From an uncultured delta proteobacterium (GTDB lineage Bacteria > Myxococcota_A > Polyangia > Polyangiales > Polyangiaceae), in NCBI GenBank assembly GCA_963716725.1, contig CAVQUB010000002.1:96001-160000 (forward strand): 64,000 bases of DNA. Reading direction: 5' to 3'. Positions within the stretch are counted from its first letter, which is position 1; each line of letters begins with the position of its first letter. The notes below the pieces were generated by a model, which saw nothing but the letters and a program-made list of their open reading frames with translations, was not told the DNA's origin and ran no database searches. Made by a program: the position numbers and the translations under genes. Below, in pieces: positions 20,714 to 32,067 of the stretch.

Positions 20714-21313
20714 TCAGCGAAGCCGCCAGATCTCGATGTTGTACCGCCCCTGACCGCGCTGCGCCCGCACCACGGCGCGGTACTCACCGGGGTCGAACAC
20801 GCAGAAGGGCCCGTCGGGTTTGACCACCGGCCAGCGGTCGTCGCTCGTGTCGAAGGCCACGCGGGCGCCCTGCGGGCTCAGGACCTCGACGTCCAAGTCC
20901 TCGACGCCGGGCTCGGCCACGGCGAAGACCCGATAGCAGTCCCCGGGCTCGGCCTGGAAGCGATGCTCCTTCGCTTCGCTCGAGGCGGTGTCCTGCGACT
21001 CGGCGACCTTGCGCATGCCGTTGGAAGGGCCGCACATCAGCCCGAGCCGCATCACGTCGAGATCGGGGCGGGTGCGCGGCTGAAACTGCGCGTAACACTT
21101 GAGCCAATTGCCCCCGCTCGGTGCCGGGCCGCCCGCGTCCAGGGCGGGGCTCGGGACGGGGGGCAGCGCCGACACGGCCGGCGCTGCGCTGGGCGCCGGC
21201 TCCGGCGGTGCTGGCACGGAGCTCGCGGCGGGTGCCGGGGTCGGCGTCGGCGCGGGCTCTCGGCACCCCGCGAGCCCGAGTGCGACGCAGAGGAGACTGC
21301 CCAGCCCGCGCAT
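20714..21313 (-). CDS. Pro-rich lipoprotein with C-terminal beta-sandwich (PPC-like) domain
   Basis: Lipobox LAGC, Pro/Ala linker, CYRVFAVAEPGVEDLDVEV. Confidence 0.7.
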   Translation of the reverse strand: MRGLGSLLCVALGLAGCREPAPTPTPAPAASSVPAPPEPAPSAAPAVSALPPVPSPALDAGGPAPSGGNWLKCYAQFQPRTRPDLDVMRLGLMCGPSNGMRKVAESQDTASSEAKEHRFQAEPGDCYRVFAVAEPGVEDLDVEVLSPQGARVAFDTSDDRWPVVKPDGPFCVFDPGEYRAVVRAQRGQGRYNIEIWRLR

Positions 21314-21389
21314 GCCTCGCACATAGCCCGATTGGCCCCTTCGCCCCAAACGATTGACTGACGCAGTGCGCCAGGGTAACTGCCCAGCC

Positions 21390-21869
21390 GTGAGTGCAAG
21401 CGAGTCCCCGCCGCCCGAGGGCGAAGACCGTCCTGAAGAGAAGGAGCGGCGTCGACTCGAACGCATCTTGCCGGAGCTGATTAAGCGCATCGTCGAAGCC
21501 AGCTACGTGAAAATCAGCGAAGGCCCGGAGAACGTCCGGGAGTTCGTGCGGGAGATGAAGCTGCCCAAAGAAGTGCTCGCGGTGCTGCTCGCCCAGATCG
21601 ACGAGACCAAGAACGGCCTGTACCGCGTGGTCGCCAAGGAGATCCGCGACTTCCTCGAGCACACTGATTTTTCCGAAGAAGCAGCCAAGATGCTCACGAT
21701 GCTCTCCTTCGAGATCAAGACCGAGGTACGCTTCATCCCGAACGACGAGCGCGTAGGCGCACCCCCGAAGCCGGAAGTACGTTCCAAGGTTCGCGTCCGA
21801 CGCGACGGTCGAACCGAGCCGCCACCAGATTCTACGAAGGCCGAGGGGGAACAGGAGAACACCGATTGA
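21390..21869 (+). CDS. Hypothetical cytoplasmic protein
   Basis: Normal GC3 bias, charged helical sequence, stop overlaps the next start; exact start uncertain (21354 or 21390). Confidence 0.75.
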   Translation: MSASESPPPEGEDRPEEKERRRLERILPELIKRIVEASYVKISEGPENVREFVREMKLPKEVLAVLLAQIDETKNGLYRVVAKEIRDFLEHTDFSEEAAKMLTMLSFEIKTEVRFIPNDERVGAPPKPEVRSKVRVRRDGRTEPPPDSTKAEGEQENTD

Positions 21870-22325
21870 AACCTCTCGCCGCAGGCAGTGAAATTGATTC
21901 TTGGTGCACCAAGTGCCGCATGGACCTCGGACATCGCATCATCGCGATGGTCGGGGATTCGACCCAAGCGCGTCGTGTGTCAGACGTGTAACTCGCAGCA
22001 CAACTACCGCGCTCCGGCATCGGAGAAGAAGAAGAGCGTGACGAAGCGCGCTTCCGCCAGCGGTCGCCCAGCCACGGCCGCCCAACGCGTGACCGAGAAG
22101 GCCCGGGTCGAAGCCGCACGGGTCAACGACTGGGAGAAACGCATCGCGGGGCAGGCGGTGGACTCCTTCACTCGCTACAGCATCGACAAGACCTTCGCGG
22201 TCTACGAGCTCATCGCCCACAAGAAGTTCGGTGAAGGCTTCGTCGCGGAGGTGCTCGACAGCGGCAAGGTCAGCATCATGTTCCGGGACGGCCCTCGCAT
22301 GCTGGCACACGGACAGCCCGCGTGA
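21866..22325 (+). CDS. Zn-ribbon-like protein (CxxC...CxxC), frameshift in GGGG near 21953
   Basis: TTG start gives MKPLAAGSEIDSWCTKCRMDLGHRIIAMVG; removing one G continues IRPKRVVCQTCNSQH..; C-terminal HKKFGEG.V motif. Confidence 0.75.
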
Positions 22326-25024
22326 ACCCGCGGTGGCTCGCGCCGCTGCTGGTTTCAGCAGCGGTCTCGGCCACACCCCGCGCAGTCGCAGAAGTGACAA
22401 TCAGGCCAGCCGCCGACGGGCAAGTCGGCGCCTGGCTCGTCAGCGGCCCCCTGCCGCCCGATCGGGCGCGCGCGCTGGCAGAGAAGAGCGCCGCGCCCAG
22501 CGCCGCGGGCGCAGCGCCTCGCTTTCGGTTGCTGCACTCCAGAGACGGCGCGCTGGATCTCGATCGTGCGCTCGGCACGGGACGCAAGGAGGGATCGGCG
22601 GCGCTGCTCGGCGGCACGCTCGTGCTCGACGCCGACCTCGACGGCGTACTGCTCGCGTCCATCGACGGTGCGGCGCTGCTCTACGTGGACGGCAAAGCGG
22701 TCTGGGACAGACCGGCGCGAGCGCTTCGAGGCGGCGGCTGGGACGCCATCCCGCTCCGGCTGCAGCGCGGCAGCCACCAGTTGGTGCTGGTGCTCGAGCA
22801 TCCAGGCAACTGGTGGGCCCTCGAGCTGCGGCTCTTGGACGCGCGGAACCTGCTGGCACCGAGCGGCGCCCGGGTGACCTTGGCGGGAACGACCGATGCC
22901 GACGGTGATCGCCTCGCGAGCAGCTTGCTCGATCTGAGCCTCCACGCCGGCGCGGGTCCGAGTGCCTTCCTCCCGAAGCTCGTGGTCGACTTCCCCCGGG
23001 GAACTCCCCTCGAAGCTTCGGTGCCACTGCGCGCGACCGTCCGCGCTGGCACCACGCGCCACGAGCTCGAGCTCGGGCTGCTGCCGCTGGGCCCCCACGG
23101 CGTGTCGCCCTACGAGGCCACGCTTCCGAGCCTCGATCCGCGCGCGCTCGGCGGCGCGACGACGCTCGAGCTCGAGCTGAAGATCGGCAAGCACAGCCGG
23201 AAGCTCAGCGTTCCCCTGCGAGCAAATGCCCCGTCGCTGCTGGCGCGGGCGGCGAAGGCTCGTTCCGAGCTCGAGCGACCACCGGGCAAGCTCCTCGATC
23301 CGACGAGCCTCTCCGCGACCCTCGAGGCCGACGCCACGGCCGTCGCCCGCAGCGTCCCGGGAGCCGAGGCGCGGCTCGATGCGCTGCTCACCGAGATCGA
23401 GGCCGGACGTGATCCGCTGCTGCGACCCGGCGTCACGCTCCTCGCCCGTCGATCCAGCGTCGATGGCGAGCCGGATCCCACAGCGCTGCACGTGCCCGCG
23501 GGCTACGCTGCCGGCGGCGCGACGCGCTATCCACTGGTCGTGGTCCTGCATGGCTTGAACGGGAACCCGCAAGGCATCATGGATGCCTTCCTCGACTCCA
23601 AGAGTCGGGGCCCCAGCGTCGATGGCTTCGTGCTCGCGCCTCACGCCCACGGCAACGCTTTCTACCGAGGCCCGGGCGAGCTCGAGGTGATGGCGGCCCT
23701 GAAATGGGCGGTCGACACCTATGCCATCGATCCGGCGCGGGTCTCGATCACGGGAGTCAGCATGGGAGGCACCGGGGCGGGTCACCTGGGCCTGCGCTAC
23801 CTCGATCACTTCGCGGCCGCCGCCCCGCTCTGCGGCTATCACAGCTACTTCGTGCGTCGCGACACCCGAGGTCGGCCGATCCGCCCCTGGGAGACCGAGC
23901 GCATGCACCACTGGTCTCCGGCGACTTGGGCCGAGCGCGGACGAAATCTTCCGATGTGGGTCGCCCACGGCACCAAGGATTTCCCCCTCGAAAACTCCAA
24001 GGTCCTCGTCGAGCGCTACAAACAGCTCGGCTACTCGATGACCGACGAGTGGCCCGACACCGGCCACGACGTCTGGACCAAGGCCTACGCCGGGGCGCGA
24101 CTGTTCCCCTGGCTCTCGCGCGCGCGGCGTGATCCCGGGCCCAAGCACATCACGGTCAAGACCGACTCGCTGCGCTTCGGCAAGATCCAGTGGGCGACGA
24201 TCCGCGCGCTCTCGCAGCCCGGGAGAGCAGGGAGCCTCGACGTGGATGCGAGCGCGAGCCCGGTCCGCGTGAAGACCGCCGCCATCGAGGCCTTCGAACT
24301 CGAGCGGGGGCCGCGGCTGGCCAAGACCGGAAAGGTGGAGCTCGAGGTCGACGGCACCACGCTCACCTTCGACGAGGCCGAGCCGGTCCTCGTGACGAAA
24401 CGCGACAAGGACTGGACCAAGGGCGCGCCCTCAGCTCGGGGAAAACGCGCAGGGCTCGAGGGGCCGATCCGCGACGCCTTCTTGGAGCCCCTGATCTTCA
24501 GCTATGGCAGCGGTGATCCACGCACCGCCCGGGCGAATCGCGAGGTCGCGCTGGCGCTGTCACGCCGCCACGGATCCGAGGTCGGATATCGCATCGTGGC
24601 CGACGTCGATCTCGACGAGACCACGATGAAGTCCCACGCCGTCGTGGCGGTGGGCAGCTCTCGGGACCACGTGCTCTTGGCCAGAATCGGCCGGAAGCTG
24701 CCGCTCTTCGACGACGGCGCGGCTCTGGTCGCGGGCTCGGAGCGCTTCGACCGCCCGGGCACGGGTGCGATCTTCATCACCCCGAACCCCGAAGCCACGG
24801 AGCGTTACCTGCTTGTCGTCACGGGCGTGGACGCCGCCGGGATCTGGCGAGCCCTCTCCTTGCCCCAGCTGCTGCCGGACTTCTTGGTCTACGACGAGCG
24901 CCTCGGGGCCGCAGCCGCCGAGGTGGTGCTCGGCCGCGACGCGCGCGTGCTGGCAGGCGGCTTCTTCGACTGGGACTGGAAGCTGCCGGCGCTGCTGGCT
25001 GACCCGGAGGCCTCCGCGCGCTAG
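22322..25024 (+). CDS. Large secreted alpha/beta hydrolase (esterase / S9-like)
   Basis: Signal peptide, YPLVVVLHG, nucleophile GVSMGG, HGTKD, DTGHD. Confidence 0.85.
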   Translation: MNPRWLAPLLVSAAVSATPRAVAEVTIRPAADGQVGAWLVSGPLPPDRARALAEKSAAPSAAGAAPRFRLLHSRDGALDLDRALGTGRKEGSAALLGGTLVLDADLDGVLLASIDGAALLYVDGKAVWDRPARALRGGGWDAIPLRLQRGSHQLVLVLEHPGNWWALELRLLDARNLLAPSGARVTLAGTTDADGDRLASSLLDLSLHAGAGPSAFLPKLVVDFPRGTPLEASVPLRATVRAGTTRHELELGLLPLGPHGVSPYEATLPSLDPRALGGATTLELELKIGKHSRKLSVPLRANAPSLLARAAKARSELERPPGKLLDPTSLSATLEADATAVARSVPGAEARLDALLTEIEAGRDPLLRPGVTLLARRSSVDGEPDPTALHVPAGYAAGGATRYPLVVVLHGLNGNPQGIMDAFLDSKSRGPSVDGFVLAPHAHGNAFYRGPGELEVMAALKWAVDTYAIDPARVSITGVSMGGTGAGHLGLRYLDHFAAAAPLCGYHSYFVRRDTRGRPIRPWETERMHHWSPATWAERGRNLPMWVAHGTKDFPLENSKVLVERYKQLGYSMTDEWPDTGHDVWTKAYAGARLFPWLSRARRDPGPKHITVKTDSLRFGKIQWATIRALSQPGRAGSLDVDASASPVRVKTAAIEAFELERGPRLAKTGKVELEVDGTTLTFDEAEPVLVTKRDKDWTKGAPSARGKRAGLEGPIRDAFLEPLIFSYGSGDPRTARANREVALALSRRHGSEVGYRIVADVDLDETTMKSHAVVAVGSSRDHVLLARIGRKLPLFDDGAALVAGSERFDRPGTGAIFITPNPEATERYLLVVTGVDAAGIWRALSLPQLLPDFLVYDERLGAAAAEVVLGRDARVLAGGFFDWDWKLPALLADPEASAR

Positions 25025-25049
25025 CATCCTCTCGACTAGGACCGCTCCG

Positions 25050-25799
25050 ATGCCAACGACCGCCGCGCACAACAACCGAGAGATCCACAATCGCCTCTGG
25101 CGCGAGCTCACTCCCTTCATCCGCTACAACCCCGGCGCCCGCCACCGCCGGCGGATCCTCTTCCAACTGGCGGACGACTTGCCCAAGCGGAGCGTGATCG
25201 ATGTCGGCTGCGGAAACGGCGAGCTCTTGCGGCTCATGCGCGCTCGGTATCCCGAGATCCAGAGAGCGACGGGCGCGGATCTCTCCGACGCCGTGGTCGA
25301 ACAGAACCGTCGAGCTTTCCCCGAGTTCGACTTCGAAGTGCTCGACATCGAGCGTGAGACGCTCCCGCAGCAGGCCGAGCTGGTCACCTGCGCCGAGGTG
25401 ATCGAGCATCTCGACACCCGCGAGACGGCCTTCGCCCACCTCGCGGCGATGGTCGCGCCGGGAGGCACGCTGATCGTCACCTGCCCAACCGGCAAGGTAT
25501 TCCCGACCGAGAAGCACTTCGGTCACACCACTCACCCCGACCTCAGGGAGCTCGAAGCGCTGGGCAAGACCGCCGGCCTCTCGCTGGACAGAGTCCAGAA
25601 CTGGGGCTTCCCGGTCTACCGGCTCACCAAGTGGCTCACCAACCTGAACCCGGAGCTAGCGCTGCGCAAGTTCGCGGTCGACCACTATGGCCCCGCGCAG
25701 GTGTTTGTCTCCGGCGCGCTGTACGTCGCGAACTTCCTGAACGTGCCGTCGTCGTCCCACGGCTGCCAGCTCTTCGCTCGCTATCGCAAGCCGCGCTGA
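25050..25799 (+). CDS. Class I SAM-dependent methyltransferase
   Basis: VIDVGCGNG, GADLS, CAEVIEHL, APGG motifs. Confidence 0.9.
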   Translation: MPTTAAHNNREIHNRLWRELTPFIRYNPGARHRRRILFQLADDLPKRSVIDVGCGNGELLRLMRARYPEIQRATGADLSDAVVEQNRRAFPEFDFEVLDIERETLPQQAELVTCAEVIEHLDTRETAFAHLAAMVAPGGTLIVTCPTGKVFPTEKHFGHTTHPDLRELEALGKTAGLSLDRVQNWGFPVYRLTKWLTNLNPELALRKFAVDHYGPAQVFVSGALYVANFLNVPSSSHGCQLFARYRKPR

Positions 25800-25827
25800 C
25801 CGCGACAGGCTCCGAGACGCGGAACAG

Positions 25828-26775
25828 TCAGCGCTTCGCGGGGCGCTTCACCGGGCGCTTCACCCCTTCGGGTATCCCCCGTCGGGGACTTCCAAGGGTC
25901 GTCGCGGAGCGCGTCGTTCCGGCGCGTCGACCGCCGGCCGCGTCCCGCTCGGCGCGCGCCTCGAGCTTCCGCTTCTTCTCCCCGGTCGGCGCGCGGGAGG
26001 CGAGCTTGCCGTGGACCCCAGGAACGACGGCGACGCCCCGCACCCGCTTCGGAACACCGAACTCGGCCTTCAGCGCCGTCAGCTCGTCGACGGTCAGGTG
26101 GCGCCACTCCCCGGGGCGCAGTCCCGGCATCTCGATCCCGGCAAAGCTCGACCGCGACAGCCGCAGCACCGGCAGGCCGGCGCTGTCACCGAGGCGCCGC
26201 ACTTGCCGATTCCGGCCTTCCCGCAGGGTCACCTCGATCCAACTCTTGTCGCCCTCGAGGCGCAGCAGACGCACCGAGGCGGGGCGCGTCGCGCGGCCGT
26301 CGATCTCGATGCTCTCCCCGAGTCGCGCCAGCGCGACTTCGTCCACCACACCGCGCACCTTGGCGACGTAAGTCTTGGGCGCTCCCTTGCTGGGGTGCCC
26401 GAGAACGGCGGCGAAGTCACCGTCGTTGGTCATCAACAGAACGCCGCTGGTGTGGAAGTCGAGCCGACCCACCGGAACGACTCGCCCTCCCGCTCCGCGT
26501 ACCAAGCTCGCGACCGTCGGCCGACCTTCCGGATCGCTCATGGTGCACATCACCGCGCGCGGCTTGTGCAGCGCGATGTACACCTTCTGCTCGGCGATCA
26601 GGCGGGTGCCGTCGAGCTCGACGCGGTCGCGCTCCGGATCCACCCGCGTGCCGAGCTCCGTGACCACGCGTCCGCCCACGCGAACGCGCCCAGCGGTGAT
26701 CAGCTCTTCGGCCTTGCGTCGAGACGCCACCCCCGCGCGGCTCAGGACCTTCTGCAGTCGTTCCAAGTTGCTCAT
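25828..26775 (-). CDS. rluB: RsuA/RluB-family rRNA pseudouridine synthase
   Basis: S4 domain RLQKVLSRAGVASRR, VGRLDFHTSG, EGRNRQVRR. Confidence 0.88.
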   Translation of the reverse strand: MSNLERLQKVLSRAGVASRRKAEELITAGRVRVGGRVVTELGTRVDPERDRVELDGTRLIAEQKVYIALHKPRAVMCTMSDPEGRPTVASLVRGAGGRVVPVGRLDFHTSGVLLMTNDGDFAAVLGHPSKGAPKTYVAKVRGVVDEVALARLGESIEIDGRATRPASVRLLRLEGDKSWIEVTLREGRNRQVRRLGDSAGLPVLRLSRSSFAGIEMPGLRPGEWRHLTVDELTALKAEFGVPKRVRGVAVVPGVHGKLASRAPTGEKKRKLEARAERDAAGGRRAGTTRSATTLGSPRRGIPEGVKRPVKRPAKR

Positions 26776-26813
26776 GATCGATCCGGGGCCTGTCCTGCCC
26801 TGCCCGGAGCTGG

Positions 26814-27575
26814 TCAGTTCTTCTTGCGCGCGCTCACCTGGGCGTCGGTGGCGGCATCCGTGGCCGCCGCGCCGGCGTCGAGAGCGGCCTCCTGCGCGGC
26901 CTTCTCTTCTTCTTCACGCTCTTTTTGCTCGGCCAGTCGCGCGGCCTCTTCGTCGCGGTCCCAGCGGTCGACGTGGCCGTCGTGATCGAGATCCACACCC
27001 ATGCGCTGCAAGCGCCCCTTCTCGTAGATCTCCCAGATGTCGGGCTTGCCGTTGTGGTTGGTGTCCCGTTGGGCGCGGCTCAGCTGCCCGTCGACGTAGA
27101 AACGAATCTCGTCAGGCAGACCGTCGCCGCTGCTGTCGGTCTCGACCTTGGCGATGCGCCCGCGGCTGAACTGAATCCAGGTGTCGATTCGGCCGTCGCC
27201 GTTGGTGTCTGCCTTTTCGTGGTTGGCTTCGCCCTTGTCGTTGTAGGTGCGAACGACGTCCTTCAGACCGTCGAGATTGGTGTCCACCTCGCGGCAAAGC
27301 AATACGCGGCGTGCGTCTTCACCGATGCCCACGATGGCGAACACCCGCCGGATGTTGGGTTGGATGGCGCCCGGGCCGGTGGTCTCCTGAACCTCGCGAT
27401 CCTTGCGTCCCTTGAAGTCGCACTGTGAGCGATCCTCTTTGTCGCGCTTGTCTACCGCGACCCCGCGATCGCCCACGGCCTTGGGCCGCTGGGCTTCGCT
27501 GCCGCCGCAGGCCACAAATGCCGCGAGGCCGGCGCCGACGCAGAGCGAGATGCCGAAGCGGTGAAGCGCGCTCAC
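26814..27575 (-). CDS. Lipoprotein with repeated Dx[DN]xDG motifs
   Basis: Lipobox FVAC; DTNLDG, DTNGDG, DSSGDG, DTNHNG, DLDHDG. Confidence 0.8.
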   Translation of the reverse strand: MSALHRFGISLCVGAGLAAFVACGGSEAQRPKAVGDRGVAVDKRDKEDRSQCDFKGRKDREVQETTGPGAIQPNIRRVFAIVGIGEDARRVLLCREVDTNLDGLKDVVRTYNDKGEANHEKADTNGDGRIDTWIQFSRGRIAKVETDSSGDGLPDEIRFYVDGQLSRAQRDTNHNGKPDIWEIYEKGRLQRMGVDLDHDGHVDRWDRDEEAARLAEQKEREEEEKAAQEAALDAGAAATDAATDAQVSARKKN

Positions 27576-28309
27576 TTCTTCTCCTCCTTCGTCGGGGGTC
27601 CACCCGGGGGAACTTCTTTGTTCTCGGTCTCTTCCGGCAACGCGCCGGGGCGCTCGAAGGTGTGCTTGGGTCCGGCGGCTGCGGCGCGAGAAGGCGGCAC
27701 GTAGCCGGTCTGCTTACAGTAGTCGATGGTCGCCCCGGGGTCGGGGCGCCCGTCGCCGTCGATGTCGGAGTGGATCATGGGGCACTTGTCGGTGTCGGCT
27801 TTGAACTCCCACCACTGATCGACGATGGCGTCACCGTCCGAATCGCGCTCGGTGCGCGCCAGCTTGCCGCTTTGGTAGATCTGCCAAGTGTCGAGGCGCC
27901 CGGCCATGACCGTGGCGCGCTGCTGTTCGACGAGCACGCCGGCCTGGAAGATCTGGATCTCCTCGATCTGCCCGTCACGGTCGTAGTCTCGCTCTCGCCG
28001 CCGGAGCTGCCCTGAAGCGTCGAAATAGGAGTAGCCGTCGACCTTGCCGTCGAAATTCAGATCGACCGCGCGACAGACCTCTTTGCCTCCGCTGCGGACG
28101 AGCCAGACATCGGGTTTGCCGTCGCCATTGGCGTCGAGCTTCTCGGCGGAGTTGAGCGCGCAGTCCTCGTGGACCACGCGCGTGTCGCGCCGCTGGGGAG
28201 CGCCGTCCGCGGACTTCGCACCGACCTGGACTGATTCACCACAGCCCGATTGAAACGCGAGCAGCGAGAGCGCGCAAAGCACACCCCGAGCCCGCCCAAT
28301 GCTCTTCAT
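27572..28309 (-). CDS. Lipoprotein with repeated Dx[DN]xDG motifs (paralogue of the adjacent gene)
   Basis: Lipobox QSGC; DANGDG, DLNFDG, DYDRDG, DSDGDA, DIDGDG. Confidence 0.8.
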   Translation of the reverse strand: MKSIGRARGVLCALSLLAFQSGCGESVQVGAKSADGAPQRRDTRVVHEDCALNSAEKLDANGDGKPDVWLVRSGGKEVCRAVDLNFDGKVDGYSYFDASGQLRRRERDYDRDGQIEEIQIFQAGVLVEQQRATVMAGRLDTWQIYQSGKLARTERDSDGDAIVDQWWEFKADTDKCPMIHSDIDGDGRPDPGATIDYCKQTGYVPPSRAAAAGPKHTFERPGALPEETENKEVPPGGPPTKEEKK

Positions 28310-28502
28310 GTTCGAGTTCCGTTCCGAATCGCCAAGCAGAGAGCCCCGGGCAACGCCACGGGGCGGCCGCCATCCTAGCTCACCGGGCCGGGCCGGAACA
28401 CCCAATCGAACCAGTCAACATGCGCGCCCCGAGTCCGCGACCAGGGCCGCGAAATTGGCATTTTGATCTTCAATTTCCAGCATTTAATGCCACCAACACG
28501 CA

Positions 28503-28531
28503 TTGACAACAGACATAATGGCATCTATTGT
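28503..28531 (+). promoter_or_regulatory. Sigma70-type promoter
   Basis: TTGACA-17 bp-TATTGT in an AT-rich intergenic stretch, about 32 bp before the ATG at 28564. Confidence 0.7.
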
Positions 28532-28563
28532 AACGACTGGCACTCGCGCCCGGGTCCTGCACG

Positions 28564-28770
28564 ATGTCGCGCAAGAAGATTTCCACCACCGTCTACATCA
28601 CGCCCGAGCAAAACGAGCGCCTTCACCTGCTCCACAACCGGACCAAGGTGCCGGTCGCGGTGTACATCCGGGAAGGCATCGATCTGGTGCTGAAACGCTA
28701 CGAGCACGCGCTGCCGGGCCAAATGACGCTGGCGGACGCGCCGCCGACCAAGACCAGCAAGAAGGGCTGA
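28564..28770 (+). CDS. Ribbon-helix-helix DNA-binding protein
   Basis: KKISTTVYI strand then two helices ([22 protein letters not shown]). Confidence 0.85.
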   Translation: MSRKKISTTVYITPEQNERLHLLHNRTKVPVAVYIREGIDLVLKRYEHALPGQMTLADAPPTKTSKKG

Positions 28771-28844
28771 GCGGCCCGGTTCCGCTGGTCCTGCGTCGCT
28801 CGACGGGCTACACGCGCGGTTCGTTACCACTGCGACAGCGGCGC

Positions 28845-30653
<1,809 letters not shown>

Positions 30654-30699
30654 CCGCGCCCCCCTTCTCTCCGTGCCCGCTTCGACTATGTTTCGGGCG

Positions 30700-32067
30700 A
30701 TGACCAAGCGCTCCCGCGACCGGCGACTGGCCCAGCTCAACGAGAACGCCTCGCCCTTCGCCCAGATCCGCCACCTGGGCACCACCGCCTTCGGTCCGGC
30801 CCTGAGTGTCGAGCGCTTTCGCTTCGGCAATGGGCTCGAGTTGCTCCTGTGCGAAGACCACTCCGCCCCGGTGGTCGCCTATCACACCTGGTACCGCGTG
30901 GGCTCGAGGCACGAGCGCCCGGGCAAGACCGGACTCGCGCACCTCTTCGAGCACCTGATGTTCAACGAGACCGAGCGCCTCGGGCCGGGGGAGTTCGACC
31001 GCAAGTTGGAGGAGGCGGGCGCCGAGAGCAACGCCGCCACCTGGCTCGACTGGACCCAATACAACATCGCGGTTCCGAAGCAGCAGCTCCCCCTCGTCGT
31101 CACCCTCGAGGCGGAGCGCATGTCTCGCCTGCTGCTCAAGGACCCGCAGGTGACCAGCGAGAAGGAGGTGGTCGCCAACGAGCGCCGCTACCGCGTGGAA
31201 GACGACGTCGAGGGCGCGGTCAGCGAGACGCTCTGGTCGACGGCCTTCCAGAGCCACGCCTACCAGTGGCCCACCATCGGTTGGATGGCGGACATCGAGG
31301 CGTTCACCACCGAGGACTGCCAGGATTTCTACCGGACCTATTACGCGCCGAACAACGCCAGCATCGTCGTCGTCGGCGACGTGACCGAGGCGGCGCTCCT
31401 GGCCAAGGTCCAGAAGGCCTACGGCCACCTCGCGCCCTCGACGTTGCCGCTCGAGGACGTGCGACCCGAGCCGCCGCAGACCGAAGAGCGCCGCCGCGAG
31501 CTCAGCAAGCCGACGGCCACCGAGAAGCTCGCGGTGGGCTACCACAGCCCGGCGATCGGAGACTTCGACCACCCGGCGCTGTCCCTCTTGTCCGAGGTCT
31601 TGTTCGGCGGGCGCGCCAGCCGCATGCACCAGGCCCTGGTGCGCAAGCTGGAGATCGCCTCCGAGGTTCGGGTGTTCGTCGGCCCGTTCCGCGACCCCGG
31701 TCTGACGGAAATCTACGCTTCGGCCCGCGGTACCCACACCGCCGAGACGCTGCTCGCGGAGATCGACCGCGAGATCGCCCGGGTCTGCGAAGAAGCGATC
31801 CCAGAGGCCGAGATCGAGCGAGCGCGTGCGCGCACGGAGCTGTCCCTCGTCGCTGGGCTCGAAAGCGCGGACGGCAAGGCCTCCACCATTGGCTTTTACG
31901 ACACGATCCTCGGGCGGCCGGGCGCGGCCTTCGAGCGGCTGGACGAGCTCTCCCGGGTGACCGCCAGCGATCTGCGCCGCGTGGCGCGGCGTTATCTGGT
32001 GCCCGAACGGCGGACGGTGATCCTCGTCCGGGCCCAAACCGCTGAAAAGAAAGAGGCCGCAGAGTGA
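30700..32067 (+). CDS. M16 zinc protease, catalytic subunit
   Basis: GLAHLFEHLMF (HxxEH), SNAATWLD, EKEVVANERR. Confidence 0.93.
   Translation: MTKRSRDRRLAQLNENASPFAQIRHLGTTAFGPALSVERFRFGNGLELLLCEDHSAPVVAYHTWYRVGSRHERPGKTGLAHLFEHLMFNETERLGPGEFDRKLEEAGAESNAATWLDWTQYNIAVPKQQLPLVVTLEAERMSRLLLKDPQVTSEKEVVANERRYRVEDDVEGAVSETLWSTAFQSHAYQWPTIGWMADIEAFTTEDCQDFYRTYYAPNNASIVVVGDVTEAALLAKVQKAYGHLAPSTLPLEDVRPEPPQTEERRRELSKPTATEKLAVGYHSPAIGDFDHPALSLLSEVLFGGRASRMHQALVRKLEIASEVRVFVGPFRDPGLTEIYASARGTHTAETLLAEIDREIARVCEEAIPEAEIERARARTELSLVAGLESADGKASTIGFYDTILGRPGAAFERLDELSRVTASDLRRVARRYLVPERRTVILVRAQTAEKKEAAE

Noticed and set aside
28564..28770. Toxin-antitoxin module
   Set aside because: The RHH gene is followed by lepA and no toxin ORF is adjacent.
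28503..28844. N-terminal extension of LepA
   Set aside because: It overlaps the promoter and the RHH gene in another frame; LepA homology begins at ATG 28845.
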